A DNA stretch of 64,000 bases from Octopus sinensis (Eukaryota). The position numbers and the translations under genes are program-made. Where the stretch lies: positions 73,780,001-73,844,000 of the forward strand of contig NC_043000.1 of assembly GCF_006345805.1 (NCBI RefSeq), in the 5' to 3' direction. Positions 39,985 through 52,437 of this stretch are shown piece by piece (the first letter of the stretch is position 1; the number at the start of each line of letters is the position of its first letter). The notes beneath the pieces were generated by a model. That model was given only the letters and a program-made list of their open reading frames with translations. It was not told the DNA's origin and did not search any database.

Positions 39985-40243
39985 GCACAATTACTACCTC
40001 AAGGACATGTATTACATCAAAATTTCTACGTTGGGGATGCAAATCCTCTCATTCGCGTACGACATAATGCGGCAACAGCACAAAAATGAAGCGTCCATCT
40101 CGTCCTTCTCTACATTGAGAGAAGGACGAGATGGACGCTTCATTTTTGTGCTGTTGCCGCATTATGTCGTACGCGAATAAGAGGATTTGCATCCCTAACG
40201 TAGAATTTTGATGTAATACATGTCCTTGAGGTAGTAATTGTGC

Positions 40244-40321
40244 GCGGCTGAAGAAGGCCATAGACACACATTATGCATTGTTATAAATCCGTCTAATAAA
40301 GGCCCGAAATATATGTACCGC
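40244..40321 (+). ncRNA. Hammerhead ribozyme, right-arm copy
   Basis: GCGG-CTGAAGA-AGGCC...GGCCC-GAAA-TATATG-TA-CCGC. Confidence 0.75.
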
Positions 40322-40354
40322 TGAATCCTTGGCATCATGTTTTTATTTTGATTA

Positions 40355-40394
<40 letters not shown>

Positions 40395-40409
40395 TTATTA
40401 TATAGAAGG

Positions 40410-40460
40410 AGCTTCTACAGGACTAGAACTGTTTCATTCAAGAGAAATCTTCAGGAAGCT
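40410..40460 (-). ncRNA. Hammerhead ribozyme
   Basis: AGCTTC-CTGAAGA-TTTC TCTT GAAT-GAAA-CAG TTCTAGTC CTG-TA-GAAGCT. Confidence 0.85.
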
Positions 40461-41679
40461 AGTTGACAAGAATTGTATTGGCATTTATACATTTAGGCAG
40501 GTTTAACGGGGTGTTGGTGGGGGACTTTTTTGGGGGTAGGCATAGCACAAAATATCATACTTGGGGGAGTGGTCAAGGAGTCAGTGTTAAATTAGATAGA
40601 AGAATAAATAAAAATAAAAATAAAAAAATAAAAAAATAAAAAATAAAAAAATAAAATAAAAAAACCTATATATAAAAAAAGGGGGGATAGAGTTTTAGGT
40701 AAATAAGGAGATTCTCACTTATACCTATGCACACATGTATACATACATACACACACATACAAACACATATACATATACATACACACACATATATATACAT
40801 ATATATACACTTACACATACACATGCATATACATATCTACACATACACATATAGACAGATAAATGGACTGGCTGTCATAGCCAAGATGTTTGTGACCAAG
40901 CGGCCAAAGATAACAAAAGTAATAAACAGAAGATAATAAAATTAAAATTAGGGAATGGGCCTGTATTAGTATGTGTATATATATGTGTGTATGTGTAGGT
41001 TTGCATAGGTACACATATGTATATGTATACATGTATGTATATGTATGTATGTGTGTGTATATGTGTGTGTATGTGTATATATGTGTATATAGGGACTAGT
41101 GCGCTGTGTGTGCATGTGTGTGTGTGGATATGTGTGTGTATGCGTGTATGTGAGTATGTGTGTGTATGTGTATATATATTTTTCTGTGCGTATATGTATG
41201 TGAGGTTGTGTGTGTATATATACATGTGTGTATACGTGTATGCATGTGAGTGTGTGTGTGTATACATATATGTGTATGTGTAGATATGTATATGCATGTG
41301 TATGTGTAAGTGTATATATATGTATATATATGTGTGTGTATGTGTGTATGTATATGTATATGTGTTTGTATGTGTGTGTATGTATGTATACATGTGTGCA
41401 TAGGTATAAGTGAGAATCTCCTTATTTACCTAAAACTCTATCCCCCCTTTTTTTATATATAGGTTTTTTTGTTTTTTTTATATATAGGTTTTTTTATTTT
41501 ATTTTTTTATTTTTTTATTTTTTTATTTTTATTTATTCTTCTATCTAATTTAACACTGACTCCTTGACCACTCCCCCAAGTATGATATTTTGTGCTATGC
41601 CTACCCCCAAAAAAGTCCCCCACCAACACCCCGTTAAACTTGCCTAAATGTATAAATGCCAATACAATTCTTGTCAACT

Positions 41680-41730
41680 AGCTTCCTGAAGATTTCTCTT
41701 GAATGAAACAGTTCTAGTCCTGTAGAAGCT
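41680..41730 (+). ncRNA. Hammerhead ribozyme
   Basis: Identical to 40410-40460 on the opposite strand. Confidence 0.85.
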
Positions 41731-41818
41731 CCTTCTATATAATAAATTAATTTTACTCTGCTATGTATTGAGTACCTTATTTACTGTGGTTAACCCCGAA
41801 TCAACCCGGGACCTACAT

Positions 41819-41854
<36 letters not shown>

Positions 41855-42102
41855 AATGGTTGTTGCCACCTCAACGTGGTTGTTCTGTACAAAAATCTCC
41901 CATCCAGAGGTGACAAGTGTCCAGTACTGAGGTAGGGTAAGACCCTGAAACCAGTTCTGATCTACTAGTCCTGTTGTCGATGGCAATATAATGGACACAG
42001 ATATTGTGTTCTTAACCAGCTGGAGAAGGCGTCCTCCTGGGTTAAAAAGAATAGTAACATTGTTCTGTAAGGAACAACTACGCTGAGGTGGGAACAACCA
42101 TT
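41855..42102. mobile_element. 248 bp element with ~35 bp inverted termini inside (TA)n
   Basis: AATGGTTGTTGCCACCTCAACGTGGTTGTTC versus GAACAACTACGCTGAGGTGGGAACAACCATT. Confidence 0.7.
41923..41966 (+). ncRNA. Hammerhead-like motif (A9U variant)
   Basis: AGTA-CTGAGGT-AGGGT AAG ACCCT-GAAA-CCAGTTCTGA-TC-TACT. Confidence 0.55.
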
Positions 42103-42140
<38 letters not shown>

Positions 42141-42237
42141 TAACAATAAAGGGTGAAATTAATTAATTTGGAATAATTATTAATTACACCAAGTAGATTT
42201 CGGCATGTAAAAGCCTCATTCGAGGAAAATTTAAGTA

Positions 42238-42405
42238 ATACTAAGCAATTAAGGGTTTAGCAACGAATTGCCTCACCACACACCGAATTTAGAAATAGCA
42301 GTCAAAGAGTTATAGTAGAAAGAATAGCTATAACTCTTTGACTGCTATTTCTAAATTCGGTGTGTGGTGAGGCAATTCGTTGCTAAACCCTTAATTGCTT
42401 AGTAT
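42238..42405. repeat. Perfect palindrome (78 bp arms, 12 nt loop) between (TA)n tracts
   Basis: 42238-42315 is the reverse complement of 42328-42405. Confidence 0.95.
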
Positions 42406-43320
42406 ATATATATATATATATACAAATATATACACACGTGCATACATACATATATATATCATTCAACTACATTAGTAGTTGAATATTATCGCAGGTTTTT
42501 TTGTTGCAGTCGGCGTCTTCCTAGCAGTCTCAATAAGTCGGTTTTAATAGAAATCAAATTTAGTTTCTTGAATTTTGCTTGACTAGTGATAAGCTACATT
42601 TAGACATAAAATACTTAAAATCTGGTGCAGTAGAACAAACATTAAGAGAAAAAAATGTATAGACCATACTGGTTGACTGTGTAACAGGATGAAAGGTCTG
42701 TAACACTGGATGGGTGCAGCTCTCATTCTTATTAATCGAAGAAAAAGCCAAAACTTCTGATTATCTTCAACAGCATAAATATTTCATTTCTGGATTCGCA
42801 ATATATACATTCTTCTTTCAGGGCCAACCGGTAGCCTAGGAGTTCGTCGCAATAGTCAAGTGAAGTGAGCCAAATCCTGTCCGTTCAAGCATAGCATAGC
42901 AACGCCACGATGTGCAGCTTGAGAAAGCTGCTAAAACACGTCCGTCTTGTTGGGCTGTCAGCATTCGAGAGACCGATACGTGGGAAATTTTGCTGCTGCT
43001 AGTTTTCTGCGTAAGCGCATGAGGGAACTTCCGGCAGGCCTCCCTGAAGAATCCAACTCTGCGCATGCGTGCTGAAGATTTCCAAAATTGCATCACTACA
43101 AGGCTCCCCTCGAGTGCGGAAGCACGAAACAGAAGATTGTAGTGGTTTCAGAAAACAAGTTGGCTACCGATCACCCAGAAGATGTGGTACACAACATGAC
43201 AACACAAATAACTGTGCAAAAAAAATAATAATAATAACATGCACAAAGTTGTTTTTTTTCTCTCAACAAAATGTCCAAGAGTAAAACATGAAATTGACCA
43301 GGAGAAAAAAAGTATGTCAA

Positions 43321-45967
43321 TTATAAATTGTTTTTGATTGTTTCTTGGGCCAGTGAACAGTTCTGCCCGATCTGGTAACATAAGGTTTGCTCGGGGCACT
43401 TTTCGACAACGAAGGTAGTGTTGTAGGCGTTGGTAGAGGCAAAGGTGCCTGTGTAGGTGAATGTGTTGTCAAAGGTGCATAGGTGGGTGTCATCGAAAGA
43501 TATAGACACCTCAAAATATGCTTTTTTCAGTCGGTCAACAGAAACTGTCTCCGTACGACCATTCATCTCGATGGTGAAAACTTTAAGTGTGCGAGAAAGC
43601 ACACGGAAAGGTCCTTTATAAAGAGGAACAAGAGGTCCCTTGACAGAGTCGTTTCGAACAAAAACATACGACCAAGAGTCCATATCTGGTGGGACATGAG
43701 AGGGTGGAGATTGTTCCCTGGAAACCATGGGCGGAAGATTTGAAAAATAAGTACGAAATCTGGCGACATAAAACGCTGGATCATGGAGCTGTGAAGTGTC
43801 TGGTACCAACATCGTACCAAACAATGCCAGTGTGGTACCATACAGTAGCTCTGCAGAAGAAAAACCCAGGTCTGCCTTGACAGCAGTACGACAACCAAGA
43901 AGCACAATTGGCAGAAATTCAGTCCAAGACTGTGGATCTGCAGAGGCACGAAGAGCGGCCTTGAGCTGTCTATGGAACCGTTCAACTAATCCATTAGAAG
44001 CTGGATTATCATTATCACTGGTAGTGTGAATGTTATGCACACCTAGAATACGTGACAATTCACAAAATAACGAATCTTCAAACTGACGTCCACGAAATGG
44101 GAAATCCAGTTAGAAACAAAAGCTCGAGCAACAGACTCAACAGTAATATCTGCTATTGGAGTGGCTTCTTGCCAACGGGAGAAGCGATCGACACAGGTTA
44201 AAAGATAAGAAAACCCGCGATTCACAGGCCATGGTCCAACCAGATCAATGTGGACATGGCGAAAACGGGCCTCCGTAGGTGGAAAGTGTCCAACGAGGCA
44301 CGAACAGGACGGAAAGCACGAGGCGTGAGTTTGTCCGTTTTAGATGACAGGGCAAACGTAAGAGGCTTGTGATCAGTATAGATCACAAAATCTCGACCTT
44401 TGAGTTGATACTGGAAATGACGAACCGATAGATAGACCGCTAGGAGCTCACGATCAAAAGTGCTGTATCGTCGCTCAGCTGGTTGCAGTTGGCGAGAAAA
44501 GAAAGCCAGAGGTCGAGTACGATCGTCCACTGTGTGTTGCAGCACAGCGCCAATCGCAGTGTCCGATGCATCTACAGTTAAAGAGAGAGAAACACCAGGA
44601 ACCGGATGTGTAAGCAAAGGAACAGAAGCTAAATCCTTCTTGATGGACTCAAAAGCTGTCAGTGCCTCAGTGAAGAAGGTGACTTGACCGTCCTTTTAGT
44701 GAGAGGAAGTAGCTTATCTACACAACCGGGAATGAAACGTCTATAGAAATTGACCATCCCTAGATAATGCCTGAGCTGGCGCTAGGAAATAGGAGGTGCG
44801 ATGCGTTGAATGGCATCGACTTTTGATGACAGAGGTCTGATTCCACTCGAATCAGTATGATGACCTAGAAAATCTAGAGAAGATTGTCCGAAAACACAAT
44901 TGTCGGGATTTATGCGTACACTATAAGACACTGAAAGAGCTGAGACAGGTGCCGGAGATGATTTTCACGGGTGTCGCTCACAATGAGTATATCATCAACA
45001 TAAGCAAACACGAAATCAAGACCGCGGACAACTTCATCAATGAAACGCTGGAAAGTGCTGGTAGCGTTCCACGAACCGAAACTCATGTATAAAAACTCAA
45101 AGCACCCAAAAGGGGTGGTAATAGCAGTTTTCGGAACATCGGCTGGGTTGACCGGTATTTGGTGATAAGCGCGTATAAGATTGACTTTTGAAAAAATGGT
45201 ACAGCCATGAAGATTCGCCGAAAAATCCTGAAGATCTGGTATCGTTACTGCATTGAGGCGTTGATAATCTCCTACCGGGCGAAAATCAGACTCCTCTTTT
45301 CGCGACAAGTGAGGGGTAGACGCCCATGGGCTGGTGGAGGGGCGTATCAGGCCAAGTTGGAGCATGTGCTCAAACTTGGCCCTGGCCGTTTTTAGACGGT
45401 CAGGCGCAAGGCGCCGTGGGTGCGAAAATACAGGCGGCCCAGTGGTGGTGATAAAATGAAGGGTTGAATGGGCAGGCTTTGCCGGCTGAAAAGTAATGTC
45501 CAATAGCTCCGGAAATGAAGCAAAAGTGAATGAAAGGCGTCTCCAGAGGTGGTAACAAAAAATGTCGGGCTAAGAACCGCATTGGTAGAACCTCTAGTCG
45601 GCGTGGAGAGCGATGTAGTACCGTCGAGAAGCCTCCGACACCTGATATCTACCAATAGATTAAAATGATCCAAGAAATCAGCACCGAGAATAGGATGCAG
45701 TATGTCAGCGACGACGAAAATCCATTGAAAATCTCGACGAAGATTAATATCGAGGCGCAGAGAAATCTGACCGAAGGTGGCTATGGGAGGTGAGTCGATA
45801 GCGTGCAAAACAATAGAAGAGCGTTTAGGCTTGTATGCAGTGAGACGAAAAGGCCAAATGCTACAACAAGAACCGGTGTCTACCATGAAGAATTTCTTCG
45901 ACACCAGATCTTTGACAAAGAATGCACGATTAGTAGGAAGAGAAAAGGAGGAAGGTGCCATGCTCAA
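43321..45967 (-). pseudogene. Gypsy pol (PR-RT-RH-INT), frameshifted; integrase zinc-binding region deleted
   Basis: ORFs 45392..45967, 44910..45503, 44222..44617, 43321..44058; RH joins INT at about 44315, whereas the related copy keeps this segment at 50967-51530. Confidence 0.88.
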
Positions 45968-46051
45968 CTTCTCCGAATTTAGTTTCCCCGAAAGTTTTAA
46001 ACTGCACGGCTGGATGCACTTGCGTGCTTTATCAGCAAATTTGGAATGGTA

Positions 46052-46810
46052 CTAGCACAGCCCGGAACGAGTGTCCGAGGCGGCCGGTACGTTCACTGTG
46101 AAAAAATTAGAGTGCTCAGAGCGAGCCCCGCCGGCTTGCATACGAAAAGCATGGAATGAGGCACGAGAGGTAGAGCGACTCCGACTACGCCAACGACGCC
46201 TATTTTCCCGGCATAGCTCGTCCGTGCGTCGTGTCAGCGCGTCTATTTTGTCTGATATAGTGTCAGGTGACAGAGAAGAGGCTGAAACTGAGGCTGTCGA
46301 AGGGGTCTCAGTGCAAACGCACATGCCACGCGACTTTGGCTGGCCAGAAAATTCCAAAGTTTTATCTGCCATCGTGGCAATTTGGTCCACACTGTTGGAC
46401 TCAAGGGCTGTGGCCAAAATTGCTTGAAGGTTGGCAGGCAACATAGAGAAGAATATTTTACGAAGCAGAGGTGCGTCTGCGAAGTTCCCGCTTAACTCTC
46501 GCAAGCAACGCAAGAATTGTGAGGGGGTCTTGTCTCCTAGCCGCTCATCCGCCATTAGCTCATTAAACCTACTTTCTTCTGACCGAGTGTTGCGTCGAAG
46601 AATTTCCGCCTTGATAGACGCATAGGTGGCGTCTGGACTAGGATCTATAATGAGATCTCTAGCAGATGTGGCGAGTTGAGGAGGCAAGCTACAATAGAGG
46701 AGGTGTAACTGTTGAATGGGAGAAACGCCATGAGCCGCAAAATGGGCTTCTACTTGTGCGAACCACAGAGTCGCATCTCCCGTGAATGAATGTAAGTGTG
46801 GAACGGACAT
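46052..46810 (-). pseudogene. Gypsy gag
   Basis: LWFAQVEAHF, LGDKTPSQFLR, RSRSRS; followed by a C..H..F....C..PC knuckle broken by a stop. Confidence 0.85.
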
Positions 46811-48063
46811 GTTTCTTCGAGACGCCTGTCACAGAGAAAGGTAAACGAATGGAGGCAAAACAACGAGAAAGGAACAAATAGAATTGAGATGAAACATGAG
46901 AAACGGTGAAAAAAAAGCAACTAGCGAAACCGACAAAATATGTTTGGGGACTGGTGCGTGTGCACAAAATGAGAAAAGCAAATAAAAATTTTTTTTTTAA
47001 TTGTGAGAACAATTTTGTTAATCGTGTACTGTGTGCAGATCGAATTTTTTCCTGTTGCTGTTACGAGCAAAAATAACAGTTGCATTGCTGGAAAATGTGT
47101 TTTTTCTGCTTGTTGAGACTTCGTTCGTATTCAGTTCAGCTAACTTATGAAGATAGTGACAGTGACAGTGGAGACACATCAATATAGTGGTGGCATTGGT
47201 GGCGAGAGATAGTGTGGCCTGCAGGTCGTATACTAGCTGTGAAAATGACAGTGAAATGATTCGCAAACAGTACTGTATAAAAACCTGGGCGAGTTGCTGT
47301 GTACGTCTGTTGGCTGGCATGTTCGTTTTATTTTCAATGATCACCAATTGTAACAGGATGAAAGGTCTGTAACACTAGATGGGTGCAGCTCTCATCCTTT
47401 ACATTAAAATTATTAATCGAAGAAAAAGCCAAAACTTCCGATTATCAACAGCATAAATATCTTATTCCATGGATTCGCAATATATACATTCTTCTTTCAG
47501 GGCCAATCGGTAGCCTAGGAGCTCGTCACAGTAGTCAAGTGAAGTAAGTCAAATCCTGTCCGTTCAAGCATAGCGTAGCAACGCCACGATGTGCGGCTTG
47601 AGAGAGTTGCTAAAACACGTCCGTCCTGTTAGGCTGTCAGCATTCGAGAGACCGATACGCGGGAAATTTTGCTGCTGCTAGTTTTCTGCGCATGAGAATG
47701 AGGGAACGTCCGGCAGGCATCCCGGAAGAATGCAACTCAGCGCATGCATGCTGAAGATTTCCAAAATGGCGTCACTACAACTGACTGGTAGCAACGCCCG
47801 ACATCGACACTTTGAATCCACACCATTCTTTTAATTTCCATTAAAAATTATTATATTGTTATTGATATGAAAGAGAAATGTTAAAGGAATATAAAGGTTT
47901 CGTAAAATTTTATCCATTAGAAAAAAAGATATTTAATTTTAATTCTCAAATTTTTATCAATTTTTGCGTGATATTAAAGGGACACGACTCAGATTTCTGC
48001 CACCCCACACGAATTTGGATGATCATAACGAAATTTTGTACGAATATGTGTTACATTATGTAG

Positions 48064-48440
48064 GTGGAGGCGCAATGGCCCAGTGGTTAGGGCAGCGGAC
48101 TTGCGGCTTCGATTCCCAGACCGGGCGTTGTGAGTGTTTATTGAGCGAAAACACCTAAAAGTTCCACGAGGCTCCGGCAGAGGATGGTGGTGATCCCTGC
48201 TGTACTCTTTCACCACAACTTTCTCTCACTCTTACTTCCTATTTCTGTTGTACCTGTATTTCAAAGGGCCGGCCTTGTCACTCTCTGTGTCACGCTGAAT
48301 ATCCCCGAGAACTACGTTAAAGGTACACGTGTCTGTGGAGTGCTCAGCCACTTACACGTTAATTTCACGAGCAGGCTGTTCCGTTGATTCGGATCAACCG
48401 GAACCCTCGTCGTCGTAACCGACGGAGTGCTTCCATCCAT
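48064..48440 (+). mobile_element. tRNA-derived SINE, family B
   Basis: Box A TGGCCCAGTGG, box B TTCGATTCC; 9 bp TSD ATTATGTAG at 48055-48063 and 48441-48449. Confidence 0.88.
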
Positions 48441-49290
48441 ATTATGTAGATTCTGAATATACAAAATTTGGTGGGGTGGAGTGTTTTAGGGAGGGTGAGG
48501 TGAGGAATTTCGGAAAATTCATCGGAGTCCTCTTCAATTGGTCTTAACTTTCAAGAAAATGGATATTTTTTAATGAAATTCTCTATAAACATATGTAGAT
48601 TCTAAGGGCATAGGAATTTGTGGGGAAAACAATTGGGGGTTATTCTTTAGCACTGTTCCCCACCCGGGGGTGTTTCAGAACAAGTCGTCTATATTTCCTT
48701 CTTTTTCTCCTTTTTGTACGATTGTTCATCCGTAGATTTCTACTGAAGCAACAAAGTAGCAATAAAAATAAATGAAGCCTTCATCAGAACACTCGTTGTG
48801 CTAAAAATAACAGCTAACGGTCTGGTACACAGAAATATGTTATTAAGACGACTTATCTGTTGCATGCGATTTTTTTTCCCACTTTAAGTAAATTCCCAAA
48901 AGACACCAGAAGCAAAAATAAGGAATATACACGCACAATTAGATATAGAATGTGTAAAGTATAATTTGTTACATAATCTCCATAATAAACATGATATTGA
49001 ATGGAATAATTCACCGTTTAAACTTTTAAAATTACGTGTGTGCGCGCGCGCATCTGTTTGTCTGTGCGTGGTAGAAATCTACGGATGCAAAAACGTACAG
49101 AACAGAGAAAATGAAACAAATATGGACATGTTCCGAAACACCCCCAGAGGGGGGAACAGTTCTCAAAAATAACCCCCAATTGTTTCCCCACACCCCACAA
49201 AAATTGCTATGTCCTCGGAATCTACATAGTCCAAGGTATATTTGTAGAGAATTTCATTAAAAAATATCCATTTTCTTGAAAGCTAAGACA

Positions 49291-52200
49291 TATAATGGGA
49301 CTCGAAGGTTCATGATACCTGCGGAGTATCTCCTCCCATTATAATTATTTTCTGTAGTCTTAGGATTTGGAATTCAAAGAAGAAGCTTACAAGTGGATGC
49401 AATTCAATGGTTGTTTATTTTAGTTCTCATTCATGGGGTTCACTCCCGACAACCATCTGTATCGCAGCATTAGTTCGTTATAGTTCCGTTCATATGAGGC
49501 ACATTGCCTCTGGAGATAATGGGTAAAGTTAGAGCAGGTTAAAAATCTGCTCTGAGCTGCCAGTTTACAGCGTTATTCAGCGTGAGCAAGAACGCGAGAG
49601 AGAATCACCTTAATACGCCTCCTTAAATAGATGTTGCCCACGAGAGCCTCGCTGTGGTCTCGCGCATGGTAAACATGATTGTAGGTGAAATGTCGCTCTT
49701 GTCTTGGACATGGTAATGACTGCCAGCGAGATCTTGCACAAAATGGCACTGGCTTCTTGTGTCAAGCTACAGGGGCTCCCCCCTGAGAACGCTAGTGCGA
49801 AATTAGAATGACTAGAGCATGCACAAGAAAGCAAAGATGGCCACCAATCACAAACAACAAGATGTGGTACAAAATATAATACAAAATGTGAAATTGAGAA
49901 AAAATAATCACAAGCAATATAAAAGGAGCATGCACAAAATATTTTCTACAAAGTTCAGTGGTGAGGCATTGGTATTGTTCAGCACACGAGAAAACAATTG
50001 TCTGTCACAGGAAGAAAAAAGAAAAAAAAGGTTAGCTGTAAATAGTTCTAGTGAGTTTTTTGGGTGAATGCACAGTGCAGCCTGTCCTGGTGATATAAGG
50101 TTTGTTCGTGTTGGGTAGTAGCGACAAAGGTGGAGGTGGAGGTGATGGTATGATAAAAGTACATATGCAGGTGGATGTGTAGGTGGTTGTAAAAGATCAA
50201 AAGTTGGCGTGGTTGGGGTGTCATCAAAGGGTGTGGACACCTCCAAATGTGCCCTTTTAAGTCTGTTGACCAACACAGTCTCTGCCCAACCAGTGATGTC
50301 GAGACTAAAAGTTTTGGGTGTGCGCGATAGCACACGAAATGGTTCCTTATAAGGAGAAATGAAAGGTCCCTTGACAGAATCATCCCAAACAAAAACATGA
50401 GTCCATTTGTCAATGTCTGGTGGGACGTGAGAAGGAATAGACTGGTCATATGGATGCATGGGTGGAAGACTTGAGAAATACGAGCGAAGTCTGGTGACAT
50501 ACGACATTGGATCAAGATACGATAAATTGTCTGGCGCCAACATTGTGCCAAGAAGTGCCAGGATGGTACCGTAAAAGAGTTCAGCAGATGAGAAACCTAA
50601 GTCTGTTTTAACAGCAGTGCGACAACCAAGAAGAACGATAGGCAAGAATTCTGTCCAAGACAGTGGTGCGAAGAGCAACCTTCAGTTGCCTGGGAAAACG
50701 TTCGACCATCCCATTGGGAGCTGGATGGTAGCTGGTCATATGAATGTGATGAACACCTAGGATTCGCAACAATTCACGAAATAAGGAAGCTTTGAACTGG
50801 TGTCCATGATCAGTGGTTATTTTAGCTGGGACTCCAAAGCGAGCAATCCAGTCAGAAACGAAAGCCCAAGCAACTGACTCAGTGGAAATGTCCACTATTG
50901 GAATGGCTTCAGGCCAATGAGAGAAACGATCAACGCATGTCAATATGTAAGAGAACCTGCGACAGGCTATGGTCCAACCAGATCAATGTGGACATGGTGA
51001 AAGTGAGTCTCCGGAGGAGAAAACTGTCCAAGAGGAGCGCAACTGTGCCTGTGGACTTTAGAACGCTGGCATTTCACACAAGAGCATGCCCAAGCGGTGA
51101 TCATGCAGCCAGAAAAACCACAAGCCATAATAAGCTTCACTGAGGCAGCGATGCCAGGGTGCGACAGTGAATGCAAGGCATCGAAAACAGAATGCTGGTG
51201 GGTCACAGGTACAAACGATCTGGGAGAACCAGTAGCTGTGTCACAAAGGATTGTGACTTCAGCAGACAGAAGTGGAAGATAGGCAAACTTGCAACAGGAC
51301 AGCTTGGTGGAAGTTAGATCCAATGTGTCCAGAGCTGGCTGATCCTGCGCAATGGCAGTTAAATCGATTGTGACAGGAGTTGAAATAGAACATACAGGAA
51401 AACGAGAGTGTATCAGCAGGCATGTTCTCTGTTCCAGGTATATGCCAAATCTCACTCGTGAACTGGGAAATGTAGTCCAGGTGACGGAAAGCACAAGGCG
51501 AGTGTTTATCCGATTTAGATGACAGAGCAAACGTAAGAGGCTTGTGATCAGTATAAATTACAAAATCCCGACCTTCGAGTTGATGCTGAAAGTGACAAAT
51601 TGACTGGTAGATCACTAAGAGTTCATGATCAAACATACTGTGATGATACTTGGCTGGCTGTAATTGACGAGAAAAAAATGCCAAAGGCCGAGTTTGATTG
51701 TCGATGGTATGTTGCAAAACAGCACCAACTGCAGAATCCAATTATATCAACTGTTAAAGAGAGACAAGCATAAAGAGCCAGACGTGCAAGCAAGGGAACA
51801 GAAGCTATTTCCTTCTTAATTTACTCAAAAGAAGATAATGCCTTTGCAGATAGAGTGATAGGAGCATCTCTTTTTGTATTTGCTTTCAGTAGTTGAGTCA
51901 GTGGAAGTAACTTGTCTGCACATTTATGTATGAATCTTCCATAGAAGTTGACTATTCCCAAAAAGTGATGCAATTGGCGTAGAGAAGTGGGAGGTGAGAT
52001 GTGTTGAATTGCATCGACTTTAGAGGAGAGATGTCAGATACCATTAGAGTCAATATAATGACCTAGGAATTCCAGAGAGGCCTTTCCAAAAACACACTTA
52101 TCGGGGTTGGTTCGCACATTGTAGGTAGCGCGTACATAGTTCATTATAGCTCCATTCAAGTGAGGTACATTACCTCTGGAGATAATGAGTAAAGTTAGAG

Positions 52201-52437
52201 CAGGTTAAAAATCTGCTCTGAGCTGCCAGTTTGCAGTGTTGTTCAGCGTAAGCGTGGATGCAAAAGAGAATCACCTTAATATGTCTCCTTAAATAGATGT
52301 TGCCCACGAGAGCCTCGCTGTGGTCTCTCACATGGCAAATATGGTTGTAGGCAAGATCTCACTCTTGTCTTGGACATGGTAATGACTGCCGGTGAGATCT
52401 CACACAAAAGGGTGCTGGCTTCTTGTGTTACGCTACA
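49291..52437 (-). mobile_element. Internally deleted Gypsy element (end of RT, RH, INT; gag, PR and most of RT lost)
   Basis: 3' LTR 49291-49771, partial 5' LTR about 52120-52437; PPT GGGGGAGCCCC; flanks GACA/GACG; DHKPL, HSLSHPG..CVKCQ, NGMVER. Confidence 0.88.

Larger units (their letters stand above)
39869..40359. repeat. Near-perfect palindrome (about 243 bp arms, 6 nt loop) between (TA)n tracts
   Basis: Centre ...CCTTCTCT acattg AGAGAAGG... at 40112-40117. Confidence 0.95.
40393..41817 (+). mobile_element. PLE-like 3' end with inverted ~460 bp arm (same family as 39460-39780)
   Basis: 40393-40853 is the reverse complement of about 41266-41747; shares the terminus GTTAACCCCGA.TCAACCCGGGACCTACA(TA)n with 39750-39780. 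Confidence 0.8.
42680..47779 (-). mobile_element. Ty3/Gypsy LTR retrotransposon, degenerate
   Basis: LTRs 42680-43100 and 47349-47779; TSD ACTG; PPT GAGGGGAGCCT; gag, protease (VDTGS), RT (YVDD), RNase H (VDASD, DHKPL), integrase (SNGLVER). Confidence 0.94.

Noticed and set aside
42185-42230. Minus-strand CGAATGA-GGC...GCC-GAAA beside the 42238 palindrome
   Set aside because: Core has two non-consensus bases and there is no convincing stem I or III
48064-48130. tRNA-like sequence
   Set aside because: SINE head with incomplete cloverleaf, followed by SINE body and TSD
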